NCBI GenBank assembly: GCA_902800645.1
Contig: CADCFC010000004.1
Span: 1 to 62,173 of the forward strand
DNA: 62,173 bases
Direction of reading: 5' to 3'
DNA from: an uncultured Erysipelotrichaceae bacterium
GTDB lineage: Bacteria; Bacillota_I; Bacilli_A; RFN20; CAG-826
This document shows, piece by piece, positions 18,626-27,310 of this stretch (positions within the stretch are counted from its first letter, which is position 1; each line of letters starts with the position of its first letter). Position numbers and translations under genes: made by a program. Below the pieces are notes generated by a model. It was not told where the DNA came from. It did not search any database and saw nothing but the letters and a program-made list of their open reading frames with translations.

Positions 18626-19720
18626 ATGGATAAAGAATTTGATGTAATTGTTGTTGGTGGTGGGGTTGCAGGTGTTTCTGCTGCATTATCCTCAGCAAGA
18701 GAAGGATTAAAAGTTGCTTTGATAGAACAGACTTCTCTTTTAGGTGGCCTTGCCACTTCTGGACTAATCAATTGGTTTGAACCTTTATGTGATGGAAAAG
18801 GTAGACAACTAATATTTTCACAGACAGAAGAATTTTTTAATCTCGCTCTTGAATGCGGATATAACACATTTGATAAAAATTGGAATAAGAGCGGTAAAAG
18901 AATGTCAAGCTGGTTCAACCATAACGTTTTTGCGTTGTCTTTAATTTCTCTATTAATCAAAAACAATGTTCAAATATTCTTTGAATCAAAAGTATGTGAT
19001 GTTGAAAAATGTGGGAACGAGATTAAATCAATTGAGGCTGTAAACGTTGAAGGAAAAACAAAAATGTATGGCAAAGCGTTTATTGACGCAAGTGGGAACG
19101 CCATCTTATTTAGGAATTCGGGTGTTGAAGTTAGACATGGATCTAATTATTTAGTGTATGCAACCACAACGTACAAAAACGGATTAGGGAAACCTGTTTT
19201 CCAAATATCTGGAGCTTGTGCAAACGGAAGCGGACACCCAAAGGGAATGAAATATTTTGATGGATTAAATCAAGATGATGTCGATGATTTCTTAATTAAA
19301 GGCCAAGAGTTAGCTTTATCAGAATATAAAAATAGTGTTTTAAAGGATATTTCTTCGGTTCCTTCAATTCCACAATTTAGAAAAATTGCATCAATTATTG
19401 GTGAATATACATTAGATGATAATGATTTAGGTATTCATCATAATGACTCCATAGGAGTCTTTGCATCATTTTATAAGAGCGGGGATGTATATGAAATTCC
19501 ATTTGGATGCTTATATTCAAATAAAGTAAGTAATCTATTTGCTGCTGGAAGAATTATCTCAAGTGATAACGAAGCCTGGGAAGTAATTAGAGTTATACCG
19601 GTTGGAATTCTCACTGGCGAAGTTGCTGGAATTGCTTCAAATCTTTTTTTAAAGAAAGAGCTTGATATTAATCGTCTACAAAGCCGTTTATTAAAAAAGG
19701 GATTCAAACTTCATTTCTAA
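18626..19720 (+). CDS. FAD-dependent oxidoreductase
   Basis: The N-terminus has the dinucleotide-binding motif DVIVVGGGVAGVSAALSSAREG...ALIE. The protein is 364 aa. Confidence 0.7.
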   Translation: MDKEFDVIVVGGGVAGVSAALSSAREGLKVALIEQTSLLGGLATSGLINWFEPLCDGKGRQLIFSQTEEFFNLALECGYNTFDKNWNKSGKRMSSWFNHNVFALSLISLLIKNNVQIFFESKVCDVEKCGNEIKSIEAVNVEGKTKMYGKAFIDASGNAILFRNSGVEVRHGSNYLVYATTTYKNGLGKPVFQISGACANGSGHPKGMKYFDGLNQDDVDDFLIKGQELALSEYKNSVLKDISSVPSIPQFRKIASIIGEYTLDDNDLGIHHNDSIGVFASFYKSGDVYEIPFGCLYSNKVSNLFAAGRIISSDNEAWEVIRVIPVGILTGEVAGIASNLFLKKELDINRLQSRLLKKGFKLHF

Positions 19721-19733
19721 ATGTAAAATAAAA

Positions 19734-19759
19734 CCGGAACTTATTTCCGGATTTTTTTC
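19734..19759. terminator. Bidirectional intrinsic terminator
   Basis: Stem CCGGAA/TTCCGG with a 5-nt loop and ATTTTTTT downstream. An A-run upstream lets it also serve the minus-strand tRNA operon. Confidence 0.6.
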
Positions 19760-19762
19760 ATT

Positions 19763-19839
19763 TGGTAGCTGAGGACGGATTTGAACCGCCGACCTTGAAG
19801 GTATGAACTTCCTGCTCTAGCCAACTGAGCTACTCAGCC
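19763..19839 (-). tRNA. tRNA-Met (anticodon CAT), CCA encoded
   Basis: The reverse complement folds as a 77-nt cloverleaf: GGCTGAG/TA/GCTC-AGTTGGCTA-GAGC/A/GGAAG-TTCATAC-CTTCA/AGGTC/GGCGG-TTCAAAT-CCGTC/CTCAGCT/ACCA. The TTCATAC loop resembles elongator Met. A lysidine-modified Ile2 tRNA is not excluded. Confidence 0.85.
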
Positions 19840-19844
19840 ATATT

Positions 19845-19920
19845 TGGTGGATCTAAAGAGACTCGAACTCTCGACCCCCTGAATGCAAATCAGGTGCTCT
19901 CCCAACTGAGCTATAGACCC
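19845..19920 (-). tRNA. tRNA-Ala (anticodon TGC), CCA encoded
   Basis: The reverse complement is GGGTCTATAGCTCAGTTGGGAGAGCACCTGATTTGCATTCAGGGGGTCGAGAGTTCGAGTCTCTTTAGATCCACCA. It has the G3:U70 Ala identity pair and a CCTGA-TTTGCAT-TCAGG anticodon arm. Confidence 0.95.
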
Positions 19921-19946
19921 ATGTGAGTTTCAAACTCGCAAGAAAG

Positions 19947-19975
19947 ATTATATATGTTATTTAAATTGAACTCAA
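19947..19975 (-). promoter_or_regulatory. Sigma-A type promoter of the tRNA-Ala/tRNA-Met operon
   Basis: The minus strand reads TTGAGT-17 nt-TATAAT, about 26 nt upstream of the tRNA-Ala 5' end. Confidence 0.55.
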
Positions 19976-20017
19976 CAATAAATTATTTATTGAGTTTGCG
20001 GTTTGTATTATAATTAC

Positions 20018-20100
20018 TTTGCCGTCGCGATGGTTAACTATGAACCAGGTCAGGACAGGAATGTAGCAGCCTTAAATATCTTGGCCATGTGCGGCGGTTT
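20018..20100 (+). ncRNA. ffs: Small (4.5S-type) signal recognition particle RNA
   Basis: The conserved SRP domain IV motif CCAGGTCAGGACAGGAATGTAGCAGCC compares well with E. coli 4.5S CCAGGTCAGGTCCGGAAGGAAGCAGCC. It is flanked by a long imperfect helix (GCCGTCGCGATGGTTAA / TTGGCCATGTGCGGCGG). A TATAAT box at 20009-20014 would place the transcription start near 20021. Confidence 0.75.
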
Positions 20101-20110
20101 TCTATTATTT

Positions 20111-20572
20111 ATGACTCGTGAAGAAAAATATATGTTATTAGCAATTAAGGAAGCAGAGAAAGCTTCTTTTAAAGATGAAGTTCCAATTGGATGTGTCATT
20201 GTTAAGGAAGATAAAGTAATTGCTAGAGGTTATAATCAACGCGAAATCAAAAACGATGTTACTAGTCACGCTGAAATTGAAGCGATTAGAAAAGCAAATA
20301 AAAAGTTGAATAGTTGGAGACTAGTTGACTGTGAGATATATGTCACTATTGAACCTTGCTTAATGTGTATGGGCGCTATATATCAGGCTCACTTTAAGAA
20401 AGTGATATATGGAGCGAGTGATCCAAAAGGTGGAGCGATTTCTTCATCAATTAGTTTTAAAGACATTAAGAATTTAAATCATTACCCAGAGATTCAAGGC
20501 GGTGTCTTAGAAGATAAATGTTCTTCTATTATCAAAGAATATTTCGCTAATAAAAGAAAAAAGAAACTATAA
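20111..20572 (+). CDS. tadA: tRNA-specific adenosine deaminase
   Basis: The CDA zinc motifs HAEIEAI and EPCLMCMGAI are present. The typical TadA N-terminus (MTREEKYMLLAIKEAEKA) begins at ATG 20111. The ORF-track extension back to 20003 overlaps the SRP RNA. Confidence 0.85.
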   Translation: MTREEKYMLLAIKEAEKASFKDEVPIGCVIVKEDKVIARGYNQREIKNDVTSHAEIEAIRKANKKLNSWRLVDCEIYVTIEPCLMCMGAIYQAHFKKVIYGASDPKGGAISSSISFKDIKNLNHYPEIQGGVLEDKCSSIIKEYFANKRKKKL

Positions 20573-20626
20573 ACTTGGTTTATAATTTATTTCTTTATAT
20601 CATAGATATACAGGAGTTTATATTTT

Positions 20627-21529
20627 ATGAAAATCAATCCAGAAGTTTTATTGGCCCTAAAAGAGAATAGACCAGTTGTTGCTCTAGAGAGCACTATTAT
20701 TTCTCACGGGATGCCTTATCCTAAAAACGTTCAAACAGCGTTAGAAGTTGAAAAAGTGATTAGAAGTCATGGCGCGGTTCCTGCTACTATTGGAATTATT
20801 GATGGTGAACCAATTGTTGGTATGACACCTGATGAAATTGAAGAGTTTGGTAAAAGAAAAGGCGTTCTTAAAGTTTCTAGAAGAGATCTTCCTGTTGTCT
20901 ACGCTAAAAAATTATGGGGTGCTACAACTGTTGCTACCACGATGATCATTGCTAATCAAGCTGGTATTGAAGTATTTGTTACTGGTGGTATCGGTGGAGT
21001 TCATAGAGGGGCAACTGAAACTATGGATATTTCTGCTGATTTACAAGAATTAGCAAAAACAAATGTTACTGTTGTTTGTGCTGGTGCTAAAGCAATCTTA
21101 GATTTACCTCTCACATTAGAGTATTTAGAAACAATGGGTGTTCCAGTTCTTGGTTATCAAACTGAAGAACTACCAGCGTTTTATAATTCTCATTCTGGAC
21201 TCAAAGTTGATTATAGAGTTGATGATGCTTTTGAAATGGCAAGAATCATTAAGGCAAAAAGAGATAATAAACTCACTGGTGGTATCCTTTTAACTAATCC
21301 AATTCCAGAACAATATGAAATGAAAAAGGAAGTAATCGATAATGCGATTGAAACAGCATTAAAGAAGATGGATGAAGAAGGTATTAAAGGAAAAGAATGT
21401 ACGCCATTCCTATTAAAGACTATTGTTGAATTAACAGGCGGAGATTCCTTAGAAAGCAATATTAAATTAGTGCTTAATAACGCTGCGGTTGGAAGTGAAG
21501 TCGCTAAGGAATATTGCAAGATTAAGTAA
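20627..21529 (+). CDS. psuG: Pseudouridine-5'-phosphate glycosidase
   Basis: The IndA/PsuG signature is ALESTIISHGMPYPKN...TGGIGGVHRG. The protein is 300 aa. Confidence 0.9.
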   Translation: MKINPEVLLALKENRPVVALESTIISHGMPYPKNVQTALEVEKVIRSHGAVPATIGIIDGEPIVGMTPDEIEEFGKRKGVLKVSRRDLPVVYAKKLWGATTVATTMIIANQAGIEVFVTGGIGGVHRGATETMDISADLQELAKTNVTVVCAGAKAILDLPLTLEYLETMGVPVLGYQTEELPAFYNSHSGLKVDYRVDDAFEMARIIKAKRDNKLTGGILLTNPIPEQYEMKKEVIDNAIETALKKMDEEGIKGKECTPFLLKTIVELTGGDSLESNIKLVLNNAAVGSEVAKEYCKIK

Positions 21530-21531
21530 AT

Positions 21532-22083
21532 ATGAAAACTCAACACGCTCTAGCAGTTGCATTAAAAGACATGATGGCGCATCAACCAATTGATTCCATC
21601 TCTGTTTTGCAGTTGTCTAAGAAGTGTGGAGTAAGTAGAAAAACGTTTTATTACCACTATCACGACATATATGATTTACTGACTCAAGTCTTTCTTGAAG
21701 AAAAGATAGATGACGCTAATAATGCTAGTGATTATCGTAAATTATTAGAATGTATTTTTAACTACTATTTAAAAAATGAAGCGTTTATTAATGCCACCTT
21801 AAATAGTGCTGGGAAAAGTCTATTTAATGAGTTTGTTTATAACGCTTTTTATACTAACGGATTACGTTTCATCAATAAGATCGATGTTGATAAGAAATTA
21901 CCTATGGCGATGAAGAAAAATATCGCAAGATTTTATGCTTATGGTTATGGGGACTCAACAGTCTATTATTTGAGTAATTATAGACATAAGACACTTGCGG
22001 GACTACTTAATAGCTTTAACTTCATCGATAGTGAAAATTTTGAGAAAAACGTTAGAAAAGCCATAAAATTGCAAGGAAATTAA
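21532..22083 (+). CDS. TetR/AcrR family transcriptional regulator (DhaS-like)
   Basis: The N-terminal HTH reads ISVLQLSKKCGVSRKTFYYHYHDIYDLL. The protein is 183 aa. Confidence 0.75.
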   Translation: MKTQHALAVALKDMMAHQPIDSISVLQLSKKCGVSRKTFYYHYHDIYDLLTQVFLEEKIDDANNASDYRKLLECIFNYYLKNEAFINATLNSAGKSLFNEFVYNAFYTNGLRFINKIDVDKKLPMAMKKNIARFYAYGYGDSTVYYLSNYRHKTLAGLLNSFNFIDSENFEKNVRKAIKLQGN

Positions 22084-23255
22084 TGAAAAATTTCGAGTTT
22101 TATTCACCGACAAAAATATATTTTGGAAAAGATAGAGAAAATGAAATTGGAGAAATTTTATCTTCTTTTAATGTCAAAAAAGTCTTAATTGTTATCGGTA
22201 AAAATTCAGTTATTAAAAGCGGATTATTACAAAGAGTTGAGGAAGCTTTAAAGAAGAGTAATATTGAATATAATATTCTTTCTGGAGTTAGAGCTAACCC
22301 CACTTTTGATTTGGTTGAAGAAGGATTAAAAATTGTTAAAGATAACAATATAAAATTTATCCTTCCAATTGGTGGAGGCAGTGTCATTGATACTGCTAAA
22401 TGTATAGCGGTTAATTATTATCATGATGGGGATATAAAAGACTTTAATTTCCATCGTCTTAATCCAACTAAAGCACTTCCTATTGGAGTTATCTTAACAA
22501 TCTCTGCTGCTGGTAGTGAACTTTCAAATTCTTGTGTTATTCAAGATGATGAAAGCGGGATGAAAATGGGATTCAATAGTGATTTAGTTAGGCCATTATT
22601 CGTTATTGAAAATCCCGAATTAACAATAAGCGTTAATAAAGAACAAACTGCTTATGGAGTGGTTGATATTTTGATGCATACGTTAGAGAGATATTTCTCT
22701 TATTCTGAGGAATATGAACTCGCTGATGAATTTGCGTTAGGCTTAATTAAAAATGTAGTTGATGTTGGATTACTCGCTTATAACAATCCTACTAATTACG
22801 AATATCGCGCTAGACTCATGCTCGCTAGCTCTTTATCACATAATGGTATTACTAGTATAGGAAAAGCTTATTCTATGCCTGTTCATCAATTAGAACATCC
22901 AGTAAGCGGAAGATTTACTAATATCGCTCATGGCTGTGGCTTGGCCGTCCTTTTCCCTGCTTGGGCAAAATACTATTACAAATATGATTTAGTTAAATTC
23001 GCAAAACTTGGTGAAAGAGTCTTTAACATTAAAGAAGCTGATAAAGAAAAGGCTGCTATTTTAACAATTGACGCTATTAGCGATTATTTCAAAAAACTTG
23101 ATATGCCTTCCTCTTTAAGTGAATTAGGTATTAAAGAAGAAGACATTATAATTCTGACTAATAATGTAACTAGAAAGGGAACAAGAGTGGTAAAACATCA
23201 TTTAAAAGATATGAATGATGAAGTTGTTATGACAATTTATAAATCTTGTTTATAA
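22083..23255 (+). CDS. Iron-containing (group III) alcohol dehydrogenase
   Basis: Fe-ADH motifs are present (GGGSVIDTAK; H...HG..L near the C-terminus). The protein is 390 aa and resembles butanol dehydrogenase/YqhD. Confidence 0.85.
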   Translation: MKNFEFYSPTKIYFGKDRENEIGEILSSFNVKKVLIVIGKNSVIKSGLLQRVEEALKKSNIEYNILSGVRANPTFDLVEEGLKIVKDNNIKFILPIGGGSVIDTAKCIAVNYYHDGDIKDFNFHRLNPTKALPIGVILTISAAGSELSNSCVIQDDESGMKMGFNSDLVRPLFVIENPELTISVNKEQTAYGVVDILMHTLERYFSYSEEYELADEFALGLIKNVVDVGLLAYNNPTNYEYRARLMLASSLSHNGITSIGKAYSMPVHQLEHPVSGRFTNIAHGCGLAVLFPAWAKYYYKYDLVKFAKLGERVFNIKEADKEKAAILTIDAISDYFKKLDMPSSLSELGIKEEDIIILTNNVTRKGTRVVKHHLKDMNDEVVMTIYKSCL

Positions 23256-23263
23256 TTAATCAC

Positions 23264-24421
23264 ATGAAAAAAGAAAATCTCATTGGCATTTTAATGTATC
23301 TACTAGTGTTTGCAGTAGCCCTTATTTATGGTTTTACTGTTTTGCAAACACATTTTACTTCCTCTAGTTTTGTTGATAAACCAAACCCAGTCCTTTTATA
23401 TGCTTTATATATTTTAGGATCTGTCGCTGCTGGAGTGATCGCTACTGGATTATTAGAAGGTATTGGTCATCTTCTTGGTGCTAAAGTTGGAGGATATAAT
23501 ATTGTCTCCGCTTGCTTATTCTATTTCACATTTTATAAAGACAAGGGAAAACTTAAATTTAAGTTTGCGTCTTATGATGGATTAACTGGTGAAACTAAAA
23601 TAACCCCTAATTATGAAAAAAGAGTAAAACCAAATCCTTTCCCATTTTTGATTTATGGCACTGTCTTTAATGTTGCATGGGTTGTCGCGTGTGTCGTTAC
23701 TTTCTTTACATTCTATAAGAATAAAGGCTTTTATGGAGATTTAGCCTATTTGTTCTTAACAATGGGAATCATTGCCTCTCTTTGTACAATTTATAATATT
23801 GTTCCAGTGAAGATGGATTCTGAAAATGATGGATTTAGATTAGTTAAGGCAAAAAGAGATGTTGAAGGATTTAATCAATTACTCGCTAGTGAAAGCGGTG
23901 TTGAAGTAAGTAAAGATAATAATGATAATCCTGAATTAGACATAAAGAAACCCGCTAAATTTATTCCAGAAGTCGCAGTTTCTGAATTAAGTGAATTGCT
24001 TGAAAACGAACAATACGAAGAAGTGTTTGAATTAATTAATAAGATTAAAGAACACGAAAACGATTTGTCTAAAAGACTGCAACTTGAAACTAGCGCTCAA
24101 TATATTTATGCGACATATATGAGCAAGGAAAAACAAGAGTTCGATATCTTTTATGATAAAGATGTTAGTTTCCAATTAAGAAGAGATTTATCAAACGAAT
24201 ACACTCTTCCAGCAATTAGAACATATCTCTTGCTTGCAGGAATTATGGATGGTTCACATAGTGAATGCCTTATTGCTTTAAAGAAAGTCTTAAAAGCATA
24301 TAAATCATTACCTGCAAATCGAAAACATTCAGAGCTAATACTCTTTAATAAAACACTCGATTTAGTGATTGACGCTCATCCTAAATGGGAAGAACTTCCA
24401 AATTATAAACTTTATGAATAA
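23264..24421 (+). CDS. Polytopic membrane protein with M50-like remnants and a helical C-terminal domain
   Basis: I trimmed the start to ATG 23264. The protein has 4-5 TM segments. EGIGHLLGA sits where HExxH is expected, and NIVPVKMDSENDGFRL resembles the M50 N..P...LDG motif. Confidence 0.45.
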   Translation: MKKENLIGILMYLLVFAVALIYGFTVLQTHFTSSSFVDKPNPVLLYALYILGSVAAGVIATGLLEGIGHLLGAKVGGYNIVSACLFYFTFYKDKGKLKFKFASYDGLTGETKITPNYEKRVKPNPFPFLIYGTVFNVAWVVACVVTFFTFYKNKGFYGDLAYLFLTMGIIASLCTIYNIVPVKMDSENDGFRLVKAKRDVEGFNQLLASESGVEVSKDNNDNPELDIKKPAKFIPEVAVSELSELLENEQYEEVFELINKIKEHENDLSKRLQLETSAQYIYATYMSKEKQEFDIFYDKDVSFQLRRDLSNEYTLPAIRTYLLLAGIMDGSHSECLIALKKVLKAYKSLPANRKHSELILFNKTLDLVIDAHPKWEELPNYKLYE

Positions 24422-24446
24422 AAAAAGAGCATTTGCTCTTTTTTAA
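24421..24446. terminator. Bidirectional intrinsic terminator
   Basis: The sequence AAAAAAGAGCATTTGCTCTTTTTT has an A-run, a GAGC/GCTC stem and a T-run. Confidence 0.5.
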
Positions 24447-25879
24447 AACCCTAACGCTGGTCCGATAATATTGGTCCAGAGTAAGAAGTAAGTTACTAAC
24501 GAAATGATATCAACTAGAGTGGTTGTAATTGGTCCACACATAACTGCTGGATCAAGTTTTACTAACTTCGCTAAGAACGGAAGAGAACAGCCAACAAGTC
24601 TAGAAATAATCATAGTGACGAATAATGTACCTGCAACAAGCGCTGCGACAAGTGCCATATAGGCTGTGAAGTTTCCTCCAGTAGCGGTAACTCTTTCTGC
24701 TATGGAAGAGGTATTAACAATTCCAACACTCATCTCAAACATTAACCAGCCAAAGGCAAATGCTGAGACTATACCACCAATGATAGAAGCAACTCTTAAT
24801 TCTTTAAGAATTACTTTAGGATAATCTTTGCCACCAAACTCATCAAGTGATAAGGAACGAACAATCATTGTGGTTGTTTGTCCACCAGAGTTTCCTCCTG
24901 CGTCCATAATTAGAGGAGTGAAGACAGCAAGAATTGCGAACTGTGCAATACGATCTTCAAATCCAGAAAGAATCATTGTGGTGAATACTTGGAGCACCAT
25001 TAAGGCTAAAATCCAAGGCACACACTTAAGTACTAATTTTAAGACCGGTGTTTTAAGATATGGGTCTTCCATGTCGGTAATAGCCGCCATGTGAGCGATA
25101 TCTTCACTAGTTTCTTGTTCGATAATATCAACAACGTCATCAATGGTAATGATACCGACGATTTTGTTTTCACTATTTACAACCGCCATAGCCGTTAAGT
25201 CATAACGTTTGAATTTTTTAGCAACGTCTTCTTGGTCGTCATTAACATTACAAGAGACGAAGTCTTTATCCATGATGTCAGATAAAACATCAGTTTCTTT
25301 AGAAAAGATTAAGTCAGATAATTCAACTGTACCTACTAATGTACGTTTACTATCTCTAACAAAGACTGTATAAATTGTTTCCGCATCTTTACCTTTATCA
25401 CGAATGATTTGAATCGCATCCTTAACTGTGGTCGAATCCTTCATTTCGATATATTCGGTAGTCATCACACTACCAGCGGTATTCTCTTTATAGTTTAAGA
25501 GTCGATTAACATCACCTCTTAAATCTTTTGGACAAGCTTTTAACACTCTACTAACGATGTTAGCAGGCATTTCTTCAATGGTATCAACAATGTCATCAGC
25601 GAAGGAGTCGCTAATGAGTTCCATAAGTTCTTTATCAGAGAAGGCACTAATAACAATTTCTTGTTGTTCTGAAGAAAGCTCAGCAAAAAATTCTGCAGAA
25701 TATTCACTACCAACAACTCTAAAAATATAGAGTAGTTGTTTTGGATCTTTTACATCACTAATTGCTTCGGCGATATCAATATTAGGAATGGTCTCAAAGA
25801 TTTCTTTTAGTTCTTTGCCACTTCTATTATTGATAGCGGACAGAACCCATTGTTTTAAAATGTTCTTATTTTCTTCCAT
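24443..25879 (-). CDS. mgtE: Magnesium transporter MgtE
   Basis: The product has an MgtE N-domain, tandem CBS domains and a C-terminal 5-TM domain (IMDAGGNSGGQ). I chose the start at ATG 25879 (MEENKN) because a TTGCAA-17-TATACT promoter ends 6 nt upstream of it. The ORF track begins at 25897. Confidence 0.88.
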   Translation of the reverse strand: MEENKNILKQWVLSAINNRSGKELKEIFETIPNIDIAEAISDVKDPKQLLYIFRVVGSEYSAEFFAELSSEQQEIVISAFSDKELMELISDSFADDIVDTIEEMPANIVSRVLKACPKDLRGDVNRLLNYKENTAGSVMTTEYIEMKDSTTVKDAIQIIRDKGKDAETIYTVFVRDSKRTLVGTVELSDLIFSKETDVLSDIMDKDFVSCNVNDDQEDVAKKFKRYDLTAMAVVNSENKIVGIITIDDVVDIIEQETSEDIAHMAAITDMEDPYLKTPVLKLVLKCVPWILALMVLQVFTTMILSGFEDRIAQFAILAVFTPLIMDAGGNSGGQTTTMIVRSLSLDEFGGKDYPKVILKELRVASIIGGIVSAFAFGWLMFEMSVGIVNTSSIAERVTATGGNFTAYMALVAALVAGTLFVTMIISRLVGCSLPFLAKLVKLDPAVMCGPITTTLVDIISLVTYFLLWTNIIGPALGF

Positions 25880-25885
25880 GCCTTG

Positions 25886-25914
25886 AGTATATAACATATT
25901 TTGTTATATTGGCA
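25886..25914 (-). promoter_or_regulatory. mgtE promoter (TTGCAA-17 nt-TATACT), leaderless configuration
   Basis: On the minus strand the -35 is at 25914-25909 and the -10 at 25891-25886. ATG 25879 follows after 6 nt. Confidence 0.5.
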
Positions 25915-25945
25915 AAACAAAATTAACAATAAATATACGAACATA

Positions 25946-25967
25946 TAAAAAGACTCGGTTAACCGAG
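25946..25967 (-). terminator. Intrinsic terminator of the tldD-pmbA operon
   Basis: Stem CTCGG/CCGAG with loop TTAA, followed on the minus strand by a T-run. Confidence 0.55.
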
Positions 25968-25984
25968 CCTTAGTATATATTTAT

Positions 25985-27310
25985 CTATTTGCCTGAGACG
26001 TTGATTTTCTTAACAATAACTGAAGGGCATCTCATTCCAGATATGAAATCTTTAGAATCAGAACCAACTTCAGTAATGTTAGTGAATAGATCAACTAAGT
26101 TACCAGAAACTGTAATTATGTCTAATGGATGAGTGACCTTACCATTTTCCACCATGAATCCAGTTGATTGAAGTGAGAAATTACCGCTTCTAGAATTAAG
26201 TCCGGCGTGTAAACCTTGAACGCTGGTGATATAAACACCATTACCAATTTCTTCAAATAGTTGTTCTTGGGATTTCTTGCCAGGTTTCATTTCTAAGAAC
26301 CATGTAGTAGTTCCAACTTTTGATCCTCCACCAACAGCACCATGCCCTGTTGATTCAACACCTTCTTTAGCTGCGGTTGTTAAGTTATAGAGGTAATGTT
26401 CAAGAACGCCATTTTTGATAATTGAGAGATTCTTTGTTGCAACACCTTCATCATCAAATGATTTTGCAAATAATGTTTTAGCGTGTGGCTTGTCATCAAT
26501 TGTTACTTTTCTACTAGCAACTTTTTGATTTAATTTGCCAACGAATAATGATGAATTCTTTTGAACATCTTCTGCAACCGCGGAAGAGACATATGCATTC
26601 ATAAATGATTTAACAACATCTGGAGATAGCACAGCTTTGTAGGTTGATGATTCACATTGATATCCACCGAGTTGTCCCACTGTTTCTTTAACGATTGATT
26701 TCGCTAATTCATCAGCATTAAAGTGCGAGAAATCATTATCGAAGAAGAGATCAAATCCAGTCTTAACTTGTTCGCCTTCTTTAGCAACCGCTCCACCATA
26801 ATAGACGAAGTTATTGTTCTTTTGGTTTAACTTAAGTCCGTGGCTATTTAATACTGTTAATGTGCTTTCGCTTTCTTCATATCCAGTTGATTCAATTTCG
26901 ATGATTCTAGAGTCGCCTTCTTTAACTTTCTTTTCTAATTCATAAAGTTTGTTAAGCTTATCTTCTACGGAAATTTTTGATAATTCTTTGTTGAAAGTAT
27001 TAATTTTGCGATATTTTTCGCTACCTTTGAAGATAAATACAGGGTCGTCGTTCTCAATAACTTTTGCGTTATTAACAATTTGTTTAACAAAGAATTCAGC
27101 AGAGTCTTTATTATAGACATCACTGACGACAGAACCCATTTTTCCTTTGTAAATTCCTCTAGCTAAAAACGCCATAGATTTAGAGGTTGAATATGAATCA
27201 ATTTCTCCATGGAATAAGGAAATAGAAAGTGAATAACTTGTAGAAATTGATAATTCGCAATCTTCTATACCCGCAGCTTTTGCGAGTTCAAAAAACTTAT
27301 CGTATTTCAT
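25985..27310 (-). CDS. pmbA: TldD/PmbA family metallopeptidase (PmbA-like)
   Basis: 441-aa PmbA_TldD family protein, paired with tldD and overlapping it by one nucleotide. Confidence 0.85.
   Translation of the reverse strand: MKYDKFFELAKAAGIEDCELSISTSYSLSISLFHGEIDSYSTSKSMAFLARGIYKGKMGSVVSDVYNKDSAEFFVKQIVNNAKVIENDDPVFIFKGSEKYRKINTFNKELSKISVEDKLNKLYELEKKVKEGDSRIIEIESTGYEESESTLTVLNSHGLKLNQKNNNFVYYGGAVAKEGEQVKTGFDLFFDNDFSHFNADELAKSIVKETVGQLGGYQCESSTYKAVLSPDVVKSFMNAYVSSAVAEDVQKNSSLFVGKLNQKVASRKVTIDDKPHAKTLFAKSFDDEGVATKNLSIIKNGVLEHYLYNLTTAAKEGVESTGHGAVGGGSKVGTTTWFLEMKPGKKSQEQLFEEIGNGVYITSVQGLHAGLNSRSGNFSLQSTGFMVENGKVTHPLDIITVSGNLVDLFTNITEVGSDSKDFISGMRCPSVIVKKINVSGK

Noticed and set aside
18583-18966. 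127-aa minus-strand ORF overlapping the start of the FAD oxidoreductase gene
   Set aside because: It is antisense to a gene with a clear GGGVAG dinucleotide-binding motif. It has no RBS and no recognisable family, and it would run across the divergent promoter region.
19721-20020. tRNA genes as an integration site marking the 1.6-18.5 kb locus as a mobile island
   Set aside because: No integrase, recombinase or transposase is present in the window. I could not spot a direct repeat of a tRNA 3' end at the far side of the locus.
20003-20110. N-terminal 36 codons of the ORF-track CDS 20003-20572
   Set aside because: TadA homology starts at Met 20111. The upstream stretch carries the SRP RNA domain IV motif and its closing helix, so it is an ncRNA gene and not coding sequence.
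25898-25984. Possible M-box (Mg) riboswitch upstream of mgtE
   Set aside because: Only about 87 nt separate mgtE from pmbA. That space is already occupied by the pmbA terminator and a promoter ending 6 nt from the ATG, which is too short for an M-box.
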